Shown: positions 1 through 13,640 of the stretch, in pieces | Layout of the letters: every line of letters begins with the position of its first letter | How positions within the stretch are numbered: position 1 is the stretch's first letter | Source of the DNA: Octopus vulgaris | Taxonomy: Eukaryota | Assembly: GCA_951406725.2 (NCBI GenBank) | Contig: OX597823.1 | Span: 45,136,001-45,200,000 of the forward strand | DNA: 64,000 nt | Reading direction: 5' to 3' | Program-made: the position numbers and the translations under genes | Notes under the pieces: model-generated | Database searches by the model: none | The model's input: only the letters and a program-made list of their open reading frames with translations | What the model was told of the DNA's origin: nothing

Positions 1-139
1 AAGACAAAATATATATATGATAACACTTCCAATCAGTTAAGATAAGAAGCCATGACAGCCACTGCTTGGTACTGCTCAAAGCATTTGTTATGATTATTAT
101 TATAAAAATTGACGTTAAATGAAGATCATCATCATCATA

Positions 140-198
<59 letters not shown>
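140..198. repeat. (TAT)n microsatellite
   Basis: Perfect TAT run; explains the poly-Tyr ORF 109..312. Confidence 0.97.
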
Positions 199-685
199 CA
201 TAATCGTTGTTATCGTTATTATTTTAAAAGAATGGTGGGTAGCAAAATCAGTAGAACATCAGCCTTGCAATATTTAGTTCTATCCCTTTATGCCCATTTT
301 GAATGTTCCTGAGATTGAACTGGTCTTTCATCTTTCTGAAATCAATGAATACATACAAGTCAAATAGTACAATTGGTTAAATCAATTCACTCATCTCTCC
401 TTCACAATTATGTGGTTCCTCTGCCAATATTAGAAAACATTAGTTGGCAGTGGGTTGGCATCATTGTTAGAAATATGAACAAAATTCCTTGAGGTATTCA
501 TTCCGATATTTTGCAGTCTGAGTTCGAATTCTGGAGAGCTTAACATTGGGTTTTATCCTCCTGGGATCAATTTACTCAATTAACATCCCCCCCTCAAACA
601 TTTTGGCTTTGTTTCTGTGTAAGAAATCATTACCGACTTTATGATTTCAGGGATGCTTTAAAGGTTTCATGTTAATAACAGTATT

Positions 686-912
686 ATCATCATCATCATC
701 ATCATCATCATTGTCGTTGTTGTCGTCGTCGTCGTCATCCTCCTCTTCCTCCTCCTCCCCCTCCTCCCCCTTCCCACTTCCACCTCCTCTCCTCCTCCTC
801 TTCATCATCATCACCATCAACACTCTTCTTCTTCTTCTTCTTCTTCTTCTTCTTCTTCTTCTTCTTCTTCTTCTTCTTCTTCTTCTTCTTCTTCTTCTTC
901 TTCTTCTTCTTC
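686..912. repeat. Compound trinucleotide microsatellite (CAT/CGT/CCT/CTT)
   Basis: Successive triplet runs ending in a long perfect (CTT)n. Confidence 0.95.
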
Positions 913-1244
913 GTAGAATTAGTATTTCTTTTAACTTTAAATTTCAACTCTTTATTATTTGTAAAAATAATAAAAAAGCAAAAAAAAAAAAAAAATTGGA
1001 CAGGCATAAAATAAAGTAAATATAGATTTAATAAAAATTAAATGTTGTTCAATTTTTGTAGATAGAAAAATCGACTCAGACATAATCTGTTTAGAATAAT
1101 AGTAGGTTGAGAAACTGTTATTTTCGCCATATTTATATATGAGAATAATGCAATTAATTATATAAAAATATACATAGATAATAAATACTATATAAACATT
1201 TATATCTGAGTATGTGTGTATGCGTGTTTGCATATATGTACGTG

Positions 1245-1292
1245 TATACACACACACACATGCATATATACATACATACATACATACATACA

Positions 1293-1365
<73 letters not shown>

Positions 1366-1521
1366 TTATATGTATATATATTATCATCATTTAGTATTTG
1401 CTGCTGCTGATATATATATATATACATACTTACAATATACGCGTATATATAATACACACTCATGCACTCATATATTGTAGATTCACAAATTTATACATAC
1501 TCATATATGTGTGTGTGTGTG

Positions 1522-1561
<40 letters not shown>

Positions 1562-1634
1562 GTCCCGGGTTGATTCGGGGTTAACCACAGTAAGTATATA
1601 TATATAGTCCTGTAGAAGCTCCTTCTATATAATA

Positions 1635-1721
<87 letters not shown>

Positions 1722-1757
1722 AATATATATTTATATATATATATACATATATATATT

Positions 1758-1797
<40 letters not shown>

Positions 1798-1875
1798 TAT
1801 ATATATATGTATATCTGCATACACACACACACACACACACATATATATACATGTGTGTGTTACACACACACACAT
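1245..1875. repeat. (TACA)n/(TA)n/(CA)n microsatellite cluster
   Basis: Directly visible tandem runs. Confidence 0.95.
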
Positions 1876-3559
1876 ACCATCGTTCATCATCATTATTACT
1901 TCATGTCTCTTTTTTCATGGGTTGGACAGGTCATTATGGTTCAACTTAGTTCTTGTTCAGGATATATATGTGTAAGTGTACACACACACATACACGCACA
2001 CACATATACACACACATATATATATATGTATACACACACACCCATATATACATATACATGCATATATGTTTTATATGCATAAATTTCTTTGCGTGTGTAT
2101 GTGTGCATGTGTATGTCTGTGTGTCTGTATGTGCTGTGTTATATAGATTTCAACTTGTGTTATCTTCTCATTACCACCCAAGTACATTGAATACTTGATC
2201 AATATTGCCTGTTTTTGTTTCTACAGCACTCTAATAAGGATGGCAATGATGATGATGATGAGAATGACAGTGGTGATGGTGGTGATGGAGGTGGAAGGCA
2301 TTGTAGAGACAATAGTAATTGTTGTAGTAGTGGTGGTGGTGGTGGTCGTGGAGCTGGTGGTAGTGATGTTGGTGGTGGAGCTGGTGGTAGTGATGTTGAT
2401 GGTGGATATGAAAATGATTAAGATGATGATGATGATGACCAACATCATCGCCATCGTCATAATCATGATGATGAACAACAATGTCGATAACAATGATGAT
2501 GATGATGATGACAATGAAGAGAATGACAAGGATGGTGCCCAATGACTATGGTGATGATGATGATGATGATGCTGATGCTGATGCTGATGATGATGATGAT
2601 GATGATTTGAAGAAAATAATGTTGATAAAAAAATGGTAATAATAATAGTATTTTGAAAACAAGATTGTAAAATCATAAAATACAATAAATATACATAACA
2701 AATATAAAATAAATCAACGTCGAAAGAATCAATGATAAGACTATAACAACTAATAATCAATAGTCATGTTTTAAAAGCTTAGAAATAATAAAATATAGAA
2801 AACGCAAAAAAAAAAGATAAAAAAATAAAAAAAAAGAATCCCAGCTCAAAATAATAACAACAACATCAATAACAAAATCAATAACAACAACAGCAAAAGT
2901 GACAGTTGCAACAACAAGAACAACAACATCAGCAGCAGCATCATCAGCAACAACATCAACAACAATAACAACATCAACAATAGTTAAAAACAATAGCAAC
3001 TACAAAAACAACAACAACAACAACAACAACATCAGAAACCCTTTCCTTTCCTTGCTTACTCTCCACTGCCTCTCCCCCGACACCCTTTCCTCAGCGCCAT
3101 ATTCTTCTGACAATGCAATACTAAGAAAATAATTATCACTTTGTAAAAATCCAATAGTTTAGTAAACAATCGCTATTATCTCAACTACCACCAATGGCAA
3201 TATACCACCACTGCCGCCACAGCCCCTACCACCACCACCACCACCACCACCACCACCACCACCACCATGGTCATCATCATCATCATCATAATCATCGTTA
3301 CCACCACTACTACCACCACTGCTGCCACAGCAAAAGTTGTGTTGGAGCAGCATTTTCAACGGCCAGATGCCCTTCCTGTTACCAAACTCTGTCTCATCTT
3401 TCCAAATGATGTAATAATCTCTCAGCCCAAATGATGTAATAATCAACAAACAGCCCAAATTCACTTTACATGGAAAATGGAATAACAAACAGTCACTGGA
3501 AACTAAAACTTGCCTTTTGTTTACAAAGATTGTGCAATACATCAAGAAGCCCAGATATA

Positions 3560-3733
3560 GGCACAGATGTGGCTGTGTGGTAAGAAACTTGATCCTCCTA
3601 ACATCTTGGTTCCAGGTTCAGTCCCACTGCGTGGCACCTTTGGCAGGTGTGTTCTATTATAGCATCAGGCCGTCCAAAGCCTTGTGAGTGGATTTGGTAG
3701 AAGGAAACTGAAAGAATCCTATCATGTGTGAGT

Positions 3734-3787
<54 letters not shown>

Positions 3788-3816
3788 ATGTATGTATGTA
3801 TCTATGCTTATCTCAT

Positions 3817-3896
<80 letters not shown>

Positions 3897-4360
3897 ATGT
3901 GTATATGAGCAAAGCCATTGGGGCTGGCCAGATTGGAGCAATCTCGAGATTAATCAGCCGAAATTGCGAGGATGATCCAGTTCTTGACTGAAGATAAAAG
4001 GCTTCGAATGACAGTTGTATAATGTACTGGGTGGCAGAAGGAAGAGTTGCCACAGTATGAACTCTTTTGACATGCCTTTTCAACTGAGAGGCACACCTTT
4101 CCACATGTTGCACATATTCTGTTCTGAACAATAGCCATACCACAATTTACCATGGGTCGATTCCTGCACAACTTAAGCACCTCCTCCAACAACCACACAC
4201 ATAATAAGCAACACTCCCTCGTACTCCACAGGTTCATTCCTTCTAAGCCTTCTCCTAATCTTCTGGTGCTTCATTCTCTCTCTCCACAAACCTCAAACAA
4301 CCACTGTGCACTCTCTTCCACCATCCTTCTTGGTCAGTTGAAATTTCTGAGTGTGTGTGT

Positions 4361-4413
<53 letters not shown>

Positions 4414-4645
4414 TATCTATGTGTGTATCTTTGTGTCTGTGTTTGTCCCTCAGCATCGTTTGACAACTGATGTTGGTGTGTCTGTGTCCCCGTAACTTAG
4501 CAGTTTGGCAAAAAGATCGATAGAATAAGTACCAGGCTTAAAAAAAAAAACGTAGAAGGCTCAGTTCATTTGACTAAAAGTTCTTGAAGATGGTGCCCCA
4601 GCGTGGCCACAGTCTAATGACTAAAACTGGTAAAGGATAAAAGAT
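3560..4645 (+). mobile_element. tRNA-derived CORE-type SINE: head 3560-3723, internal TG/TA microsatellite, tail about 4430-4645, interrupted by a LINE fragment
   Basis: A-box-like TGGCTGTGTGG, B-box-like GGTTCAGTCCC and a CORE-like ACCTT(T)GGCAGGTG motif. The same head recurs at about 5125-5235(-), 6275-6435(+), 27238-27398(+), 43972-44122(-), 51495-51650(-), 53590-53730(+) and 62235-62390(-). The tail recurs at about 12745-12800, 17965-18170 and 40785-40930 on the minus strand. Confidence 0.8.
3907..4348 (-). mobile_element. Decayed LINE 3' end with a frameshifted C2H2 zinc-finger remnant
   Basis: Minus-strand frames read ICATCGKVCLS then LKRHVKRVH; the fragment lies between two microsatellites. 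Confidence 0.5.
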
Positions 4646-5079
4646 AGTTTCATAGGGAGACAGCAAGCAAATGGCACCATTAGTAAAGTCATTGTTTACA
4701 ACCAGTGAATGAGAAGGGAAATATAAAATCACTTACACCACACACACAAACACACATGCACGCACACACATGTGCATGCACACACACACACACACACACA
4801 CACTGACACTTTGTCAGTTGTAATGGCATGTGTTCCAGTTGATCCAATCAATGGAATAGACTGCTCGTGAAATTAACATGCAAGTGGCTGAGTACTCCAC
4901 AGACACATGCACCTTTAATGTAGTTCTCAGAAGAGATTCAGCATGACACCAGACTACTCACTTTTGCCAGCTGAGTGAACTGGAGTGATGTGAAATAAAG
5001 AACAAAATGCACTACCAGTAAATTAAATTCATGACCTTATGATTGTGAGCTGAATAAGCTAACCACTAAGTCATATGCC

Positions 5080-5120
<41 letters not shown>

Positions 5121-5364
5121 TATAAAATTCACTCAAAAGGCTTTGACAAACCTGGGGTTATTATAGAAGACACTTGTGCAAGTTGTCATGCAATGGGACT
5201 GAACCTGAAACCTTGTGGTAGGAAAGTGAATTGCTTAGTCATTCATAGTTGATATAATAAAGAAGTAGTCTTGGATGGTGTGTATTGACGGAATTTTCAG
5301 ATGAGTCTGTCTTGCGGGTAATTGCTCCAATGTTTTGCATTCTGAATTCTTCACTGGTAGATTG

Positions 5365-5399
<35 letters not shown>

Positions 5400-5400
<1 letters not shown>

Positions 5401-5760
5401 TATCATTTAACATCCATCTTCCATGCTGGCATGGGTTGAACTGCTTGACAGGAGCTGGCCAGGCAGGAGCCTGCATCAAACTTCTGTGTCTGTTTTGGCA
5501 GGGTTTTTATAGCTGGATGCCCTTCCTAATACCAACTATCGGAGTGGACAGAGTGCTTTTTATGTGGCACAAGCACAAATGAGGAGGATATTGGTATGTT
5601 TTTTACAGCTGGCTGCACTTCTTTACTGGACTGGATGCTTTTTACGTGGTATCAGCACTGGCAGGGTCACCAAGTAGCTTGCAAGACAAAGATCCTTTGA
5701 GAGAGGAAGGGGGCATTGGAGGAGGTGATTTCGTGTCAGATGATGAAAGGTTATTCTCAA
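5400..5760 (-). mobile_element. Abundant SINE or RTE-tail-like retroposon ending in (GAT)n
   Basis: Motifs TTAGGAAGGGCATCCAGCTG and CCCATGCCAGCATGGAA..GGA(C/T)GTTAAA-(TGA)n. Further copies at about 9115-9340, 24490-24810, 34520-34790, 38040-38195, 47605-47750, 48640-48970, 51215-51420 and 58260-58530. Confidence 0.75.
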
Positions 5761-6944
5761 TTTAACAACCCCCATCTGACCCTCCCTTGTGTATTTTTAA
5801 CAAAGCCTATTCAGTTGCACACATCTGGGAAGGGTCTCTTCCTCCCTTTCTCACACCAGGGCTCCTGAAAATATAAAGGGTCATGGGCATTGCTCTTGTT
5901 CCTGATAAAAATTGTTAAAGAAAACATTGATGACAATAACAACAACAACAACAACAACAGCTGCAGCAGCAGCAGTAGCAATAGCAGCAGCAGCAGCCGT
6001 TCAAGAATTTGGACCTGGAGATTTCCCTTTCCAGCGACTTTGAGGGCCACCTCCCAGTGGTGTCGGGCGTCAACAAAGAGCCCTCGACTACAACAAGACA
6101 ACCAAAGTTTGTTTTTCCAAGCTCTGCGGTCTCCCACCCCTAAGCCTTAGATCATCACCTAATCACCCCCTATCCATCTTGTTACTTAACAACAACAACA
6201 ACAGCAGCAGCAGCAGTAGCAATAACAACAACATAAGCGGGAATAGACAAACAAAATTTCATCATACTCATACAGTCACAGGAATGGTTGTGCACTTAAG
6301 AAATTTGCTTCCCTACTACATGATTTTGGGTTCAGTCCCACTGCAGAGTACTTTGGACAAGAGTCTTATGTAATAACTCCAAGCTGACCAAAGCCTAGTG
6401 AGCTGGTTGACAGAAACTGAAAGAAGCTCATCATATATATCTGTATGTGTGTGTATGTGTGTGTGTGTTAGTGTGCATGTGTGTGTATGTGTGTATGATT
6501 GTGAGTATGTATGTCTCCTTGTCTTGACATTCCCTAATAGTTGTAAATAAGTGTCACTGTCGCACAAGCAGTGTCATTCTCTTCCAAATGTTCTGCAAGA
6601 GCATGTCCAGCTATGGAGAAATATTACCTTGCTTGGAAACAGGGGAAGGTAGCAAGAAAAAGTTCATTCAACCCATAGTCGATCTGCCTCAATAAACTTC
6701 ATCTGGCCATACAAGCAAGGCAAAGTAGACCTTAAAATAATGATGATGGCATGCTGAACCATATCCAATTAAACCCTGTATGTTAGAATGCACACTATGG
6801 CCGCCCTAACTTACATGGAGAAATAATATATTTAAAGCTATGGATCCACCTAGAAATTCAACCAATTTACTTAGGCACCATAATTTTATTCAATTATATT
6901 TGATCTAGTTCACCATAATGATGAGCAAATGATAGAGTCTCTTA

Positions 6945-7130
6945 ATAGTCGCTTGACATGCTAGAAATAGCAGCCAAATATTTTTCAAATGACTCCCTTA
7001 ACAAAAGAAAGAACACATAGGATAATGTTGTCTGCATTACAGAATATTTAAAAACATTATAGAATGGCTGCAGAAGGAAAGTATGTAACCAATGGTTTGC
7101 TCAATCAGAGCTACCTTAAAATTAAACACT
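6945..7130 (+). repeat. Old dispersed repeat family (core TGCTAGAAATAGCAGCCAAAT)
   Basis: Core recurs diverged at about 11280, 19350(-), 21125(-), 31400, 50685, 50890, 59650(-) and 61215(-); class not determined. Confidence 0.7.
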
Positions 7131-7766
7131 GGCAGCTACAAGCACCATTATCATTGCTGCCAAAGCTGTGAGATATTTTGACAACTGTGCTCTGCATAGT
7201 TATGAGCTGCCCTTTGACAAGGCATAGCACCCTTTCAGCCACCCTGCCAGAGATATGGTGAAATCATGGCACTTCAGCATGGCAGATTGTGAAGAGGCAG
7301 CATAAGAGCTCACCTGAGCCAACAATGCTTCTCATATTGATGCTGAGCAGAGGAATCCTAGAAGATCAATGGTCTGGATCACCAAGCTCTATCAACAAAG
7401 CAACTGCGACACATCCATAGGGGCAGCTTCCATGGTTGTGTAATCAGTTAATGAAAGATTCATTATGACTGAAGCTCCCAGTTCAAATAGAATTGGATGG
7501 TGACAGAGAGTCACAGGAATCCGCACAAACAGCATGACTGGATATTTATAATACTACTGCCATTACCACTTACATTGCTATTAACAATTATTACCAATTA
7601 CTATCATAATTATCAATATGATTTGCAACGACAGAGATGCCTAGAAACAGCAGCAAATTCCTCTTCAAAATATACTTGATTGTTTTCAAAACAGAGAAGA
7701 AAGCAGGATTGTCATGGCAATAATGCCTTTCATCATAAGTTTTATTAGTCGATGATGGTTTTGGGC

Positions 7767-7957
<191 letters not shown>

Positions 7958-8305
7958 TATTGTCATCACAACCACAATGACGTCATTGCTGTTACTGTCA
8001 TCAGAATTTTCACCATCACCACTAAACCGATCATCTGAACTAGAACATAATGTAAAACAACACATCTCAAAGAACCATCGACTTTGCTGTACTTCCATGT
8101 TATCAAAGACAGCACACCAAATGTTGATAACTTGATTGAAGAAAATATTGACAGTTATTTCTATAAGTATCAAAAGATTGTTAATCTATTTGTAAAATTT
8201 AATGGGATTCTGTACTACAAGTTATTTTTATAGATTTTAGGTAATACTATATGTAAGCAACTTGTCTTTACACGCAATATCTTCTTCGATAAGTAAAAAG
8301 AAATT

Positions 8306-8349
8306 AGTCAATCTAGTTTCAATCCTGTTTTGGGATTTCATCAGTGACT
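8306..8349 (-). ncRNA. Minimal type I hammerhead-ribozyme-like motif (Penelope-associated type)
   Basis: Minus strand reads AGTCA-CTGATGA-AATCC-CAAAACA-GGATT-GAAA-CTAG-AT-TGACT: perfect stems I and II, intact core, palindromic stem III. The cleavage triplet deviates from consensus. Confidence 0.6.
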
Positions 8350-9469
8350 GACTACTCCCTTTAATTGTTCACTTGAGCATCATTTATAAATCAACTTTTG
8401 CTAAAGGCCTTAAGATCAGAAAGACTGATTTGCATAATATAAAGCATTCTTGATAGCTAGCTTGATGAATAGATTATTGAAGCATTAGCAGTATTTTCTT
8501 TCAATGATATTCAGCATGACAGAATAGTGAAATTAATCATGCTGGTTGTCAAGAATGCATTATATTATGCAAACCAGTTCATCAGATTTCATTAATCCTG
8601 AGTAATAGCAGGCTTATAAGCAACATCTCAGGGAACAGATAAAAAGAGTAGTTACTTGTGATGAAATCCCTCTAATTTGGTTGATCTTTCTCCTAATGTC
8701 CACAAAGTTATTGTCTATTATTTATAGTGTTGACTAAAAGCTATAGATGTATATTCTGTAGCATATAATAATAGCAATGAAACAAAATGATGTTGATATA
8801 AGAGTGGTTTGTTAATTGAAGTAAAGGTAAAGTTACTTTCTCGAGTCATACTGATGTATAAGGATCGGTTTCCTGGTTTCATGGTTTACATACTCCCCAC
8901 CTGAATGTGTGAAATAAAGTGCTTTCCTCAACAACACAACACATCACCTCGTCCAGGAATTGAAACCACAATCTTACGACTATGCAACCCACACCCTAAC
9001 CACTAATCCACGTGCCTCCACTAATTGAAGTGGTTGTCAGGAATGCATTCCTCCTCCTCCTCCTCCTCATCCTCACCACCACCACCACCACCACCACCAC
9101 TACCACCACCAGCATCGTTTCAATATTCACTTTTCTAAGCTTGCATGGGTTAAATGGAATTTGTTGTTGTAGATTTTCTACAGCCGGATGTCTTTCCTGC
9201 TGCTAACCCACTTCAGTTTCTAAGTAAGATAATATTTATCCATGGATAGACATGTTTCCACAGAAGATTGGAAATGGATAACACTGCTTGTATGATGGTG
9301 ATATTCATTTACAACCATCACATGATATCAAGACAAGGAGAGACTAACATCCCCACCACACATACCCAGGTGTATTGATTTGATACTCAGGAAGAATGGT
9401 AAAGTCTTTGAAATTTTGAGCCTACACTCTTCAACAGAAAGGATTGAAAGGGAAAAAAATGAAGAGAGA

Positions 9470-10650
9470 AGAAATGTCTAGGGATTAGCAGTTCAACTAT
9501 CCCTAGTTTCCTCATTGACCACCAGATAAGGGATTGGGGGACCCTATCAAAGGCTTTCTCCGTGTCAACGAAAGCCAGGTACAGAGGTTTATCTTTGGCT
9601 AGATATTTCTCCTGCAGCTGTCTTACCAGAAATATTGCATCAGTGGTGCTTTTCCCTGGCATGAACCCAAATTGCATCTTATCTAAACTGCCTCTCTCCC
9701 TAATTAGTTGGGCTATGACCCTCTCCATGACCTTCATTACCTGATCCAACAACTTGATACCTCTGTAATTATTTATATCTAAAGTGTCACCTTTACCTTT
9801 GTAGCAGTTGACTATGGTGCTGCTACACTAGTCATTGGGTATGGCTCCCTCATGTATCACCTGGTTAACTATACAGGTGACTAGGCTATAGCCGACACCA
9901 CCAGATATTTTGAGCATCTCTGCGGTGATTCCTGATGGGCCGGGGGCTTGCTCTGTCTTCATACTCTTAATTGCTTTATCTACCAAGGTACTGTTAATTT
10001 GGATAGCTGGTCCCTCTGTTGGGTTGACATTCGGCAGACTCCCTTTCTCCCATTCATTCTCTTTATTGAGCAACCTTTCATAGTGGCATCTCCAAACCTC
10101 TCTCTTTGCAGCCTCGTTTAGTGCAACTGAACCATCATCCATGCAGACATATTTCTCTGCTATGACATCACAATTCTCTCTCACACACTGTCTTGCAACA
10201 CGAAATACTTCAAGTCTTTGCTCATCACGGCACAGAACATTGGCAAATCTTTTCTTATCTGCTTCCCCTTTGGCTAAATAAAACTGTCTCCTAGCTTCTC
10301 TTTTGGCAGTCTGATACGATTCCCTGCTACCACCATTCTTCCAGTACTTCCAAGCCTGTCTCTTTTCTCTAATATCCCTGTCAACCACATTGTTTCACCA
10401 CCACATTCTCTTGGGTCGAGAGGGGACTTTGCACCATCCACAGATCTGGTTAGTAGTACTCAGCAGGTTGTCCCATAGAAACCTCCAGTTTTCTTCCACA
10501 TCATGTAATGCTATATCCCTTTCTATTTCATCAAAGGCTTCGAGTAATACGTCTCTAAATCTTCCTCCATTCACAAGATCTTTAAGCTTCCAGACCCATC
10601 TCCTCGATGCTGGTCAGTTTCTGGGCATTCATTTAGCCCTGATCCTGAAG
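9470..10650 (-). mobile_element. RTE-clade LINE internal fragment (linker plus N-terminal RT), pseudogenised
   Basis: ORFs 9828..10388 and 9387..9752 carry APGPSGITAEMLK and QFGFMPGKSTTDAIFLVRQLQEKY..LYLAFVDTEKAFDRVP, typical RTE RT motifs; in-frame stops; truncated at both ends. Confidence 0.93.
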
Positions 10651-11363
10651 GTGAAGGGGGTGAACCACGAGCTAGCAAATTTAGACAAGAGCATTTTCTG
10701 GATTTGTAGTCTTTCGGGGGAGTAATTAAAAATTGAGTAAGGGAATCCCAGTGTGTGCACTAGTTTATATAGGGTGGTGGTGATGGTGGAAGAGTGGGGA
10801 AAGTGTTGGCGAATCAAGTGGTAAATCAAAAGAGAGAGAGTGAGAGAGAGTGAGAGAGAGTGAGGCAGAGAGAGAGAGAAAGAAGGGGCCAGAGTTAGAG
10901 TGGTCAGGCATAGAACATTAGGGAGAAAAATATTCTTTATCCATCCTTTTTTAAGAGAGTAAAGTACAGTTTCAGGCTGGTTTGGCTGTCATGTCCAGCA
11001 ATCCAAATGACTACATTAAGACTTCCTTGTTGGCTCATAAAATCTCCCTCACTGGTTGGCATCAGTTTGCATGACTTGCATCTGTAGGTGTATGTGTGTG
11101 CATGTGTATGTGGAGGGTTGTGTATATGAGTGTAGAGTGCATATGTGTACATACATGCAGATGTTATACGTTTAGTGTATAACTGAAATGAACTGTTTAC
11201 AAACCAGCATGGTTCCCCAAATATCTATATGACAATTGATCATTAGATGTGGCAGTTAGTAAATCTCAAATGGTTGCATGACCTGCTAAAAATAGCAGCA
11301 AATTTTCCTTCATTTACACCCTCCCTACTGTCTTAAAAAAGCAGGGACACATTGTATAATAAA

Positions 11364-11706
11364 GGGTAAAAGGGAAAAGACCCCCTTCAGTCATAAGTGA
11401 CCATGGGATTGCACCTAGAAAGTTACCCTCTGAAGCACAAATCTGGGCAAGGTTGTTTATGGAAGACCAGCAGTTGCCCATGCATACCAGCATCCTCTCT
11501 CCATGCCACTGATGTTCTCCAAGAGAAAGGTAAAGGCTGATACAGCTGGGCACCAGTGATACACTCATTTCTGCAGCTGAGTGAACTGGAGCAATGTGAA
11601 ATAAAGTGTCTTGCCCAAGAACACAACACACAGCCTGGTCCAGGACTCGAACTCACTGCCTCATGATTGTGAGCTTGACACTCTAACCACTGAGCCATGT
11701 ACTTCA
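11364..11706 (-). mobile_element. tRNA-derived SINE with CORE-like CTTG(A/G)GCAAGACACTTTATTTCAC motif and (TTTACC)-type tail
   Basis: Head TGGCTCAGTGGTTAGAGTG...GAGTTCGAGTCC on the minus strand. Related copies at about 4820-5082(-), 8822-9020(-), 44458-44660(+), 47778-48030(+), 53090-53275(-) and 60172-60482(-); tail fragment at 61434-61530. Confidence 0.8.
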
Positions 11707-12799
11707 TTTCACATAGTATAATATAGTTATAGATATGCAATGTCTAACGGAAAGGTGGGATGGTCACAGTTGGAATGGTTTCTATTATGACTCTGTTTGA
11801 TCAGAGCCAATCCTGATGATAAACAAAAAAAAAAATTAACTACTGATCAGTTTAGGCCACTATTCTTTTAAACTGTATGAATGTATGTGTGTGTGTGCAT
11901 GTGTGTGGGTGGGTGTTTGTATGAGTGTATGCATATATGTGAGTGTGTGTGTGTATGTGTGTGTGTGTGACTGTGTGTGCTTGTATGAGTGTGTGCATAT
12001 GTGTGTGTTTTTGTGTGCTTGTATAAATGTATGCTTATGTCTGAGTGTGTGTGTATGTGTGTGTTTGTATGAGTGCATTCATATGTGTGAATGTGCGTAT
12101 GTGTGAGAGTGTGCATGTGCACATGTAGGTGTGTTTGTATGAGTGCATGCATATGTGTGAGTGTATATGTGTGCTTGTATGACTATGTGCATATGTGTGT
12201 GTGTATTCGTCTTTGTATGAGTGTATGCTTATGTGTGTATGTGTGTGTGTGTGTGTCTGTGCATGTGCCTGTATGAGTGTGTGCACATGTGTCAGTGTGT
12301 GCATTTGTGTGCATTTGTGTGTGGGGGGGATCTGTGTGTATGTACACATTCATGCATCTGTTATGCAACTTGAGGATAATTGAAATTAAATATGTATAAA
12401 ACATTGTGTTTCTCTCTATATTAGACTATTGATTAATGCTTTAGCCATTCATTCATACAAGATATATGTATAAGTAATGTATGTGTGCTTGTGTATGTGA
12501 GTATGTGCATGAGTATGCATGTGTCTGTGAGTCTGTGTGTGTATGCGTGCAAACACACACACATTACATGCAACAAGTGGAGGATTGAAATTAACTGTGC
12601 ACCAAATATATTCAACCCATTTATTCTAAATGAGACCAGAGTGCGTCAGTTCATGGCATTAAAAGACCGAATTTAAGCATTGTGGTGACCATACTGAGTT
12701 ATATAGATTAAAATAGGAAGTAAATCTATGATCCTACCTGATATCTTTTATCGTTTACTTGTTTCAGTCATTAGACTGTGGTCATGCTGAGGCACTGCC

Positions 12800-12853
<54 letters not shown>

Positions 12854-12962
12854 GTAGTAATGAGTGAGTGGACAAACAAAAGAAGGGCACTAAATTTCCA
12901 CAAGCCAATGATTAGCTCTATGAGCATTGAAGCTTTAAGAATTTGAATCAAACTGTTTTGAT

Positions 12963-12998
<36 letters not shown>

Positions 12999-13245
12999 AT
13001 AAAAACGGTAAGACAACAAAAGAAAGAAAGAGATCTCGATAGTACGTAAATAGAGGAATTTATCTGTAAATGTAATATGTGACAATTATTCGGTAGCCAC
13101 GATAAAACTCCACCTCGGCATCCAAAACTTGGAGTTTTATCATGGCTACTGAATAATTGTCACATATTACATTTACATGTAGCTATAGATATAGATATAT
13201 ATATATATTTATATATACACATACATATATATACAAACACTGAAG

Positions 13246-13640
13246 ATGTACAGAAAACATTCCATCACATGCCAGGGGAAAAAACTAGAAGTAGTTGATA
13301 GCTTCTTCTACCTTTGTGACCAAGTCTGTGGTGGGGTAGGTTACTCTGAGAGTTACTCTAGAATAGTAATAGCCTGGGCAAAGTTCAGGGAGCCCCTACC
13401 TCAGGTGGAAACTAAGGGCCTCTCGCTCAAGATGAAAGGTAGACTGTATGATGCATGTGTGCAAACAGCCAAGCTACACAGCAGTGAAACATGGGTCATA
13501 ACTGCTGAGGACATGCAGTGGCTTGAAAGAGATGAAGCTAGTATGATCCGCTGGATGTGTAATGTCAGAGTGCAAACATGACAGAGCGTGAGTGCCCTGA
13601 GAGAAAAGTTGGAGATAAGAAGCATCAAATGTGGTGTGCA
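13246..13640 (+). mobile_element. RTE-clade LINE fragment (C-terminal RT/thumb)
   Basis: LEVVDSFFYL..RIVIAWAKFRE..KGRLYDACVQTAKLHSSETW..MIRWMC; ends abruptly at the satellite. Confidence 0.9.

Noticed and set aside
109-3545. Homopolymeric ORFs (poly-Y, L, K, H, V and IY/HT repeats), and similar ones throughout the window
   Set aside because: All coincide with microsatellites.
7190-7500. GC-richer unique stretch, possible exon or LINE tail
   Set aside because: Stops in the frames I examined and no motif I can identify with confidence.
9470-13640. The two RTE fragments as one inverted (twin-primed) insertion
   Set aside because: They are separated by 2.6 kb of unrelated repeats, the RT core between them is missing, and there is no shared TSD.
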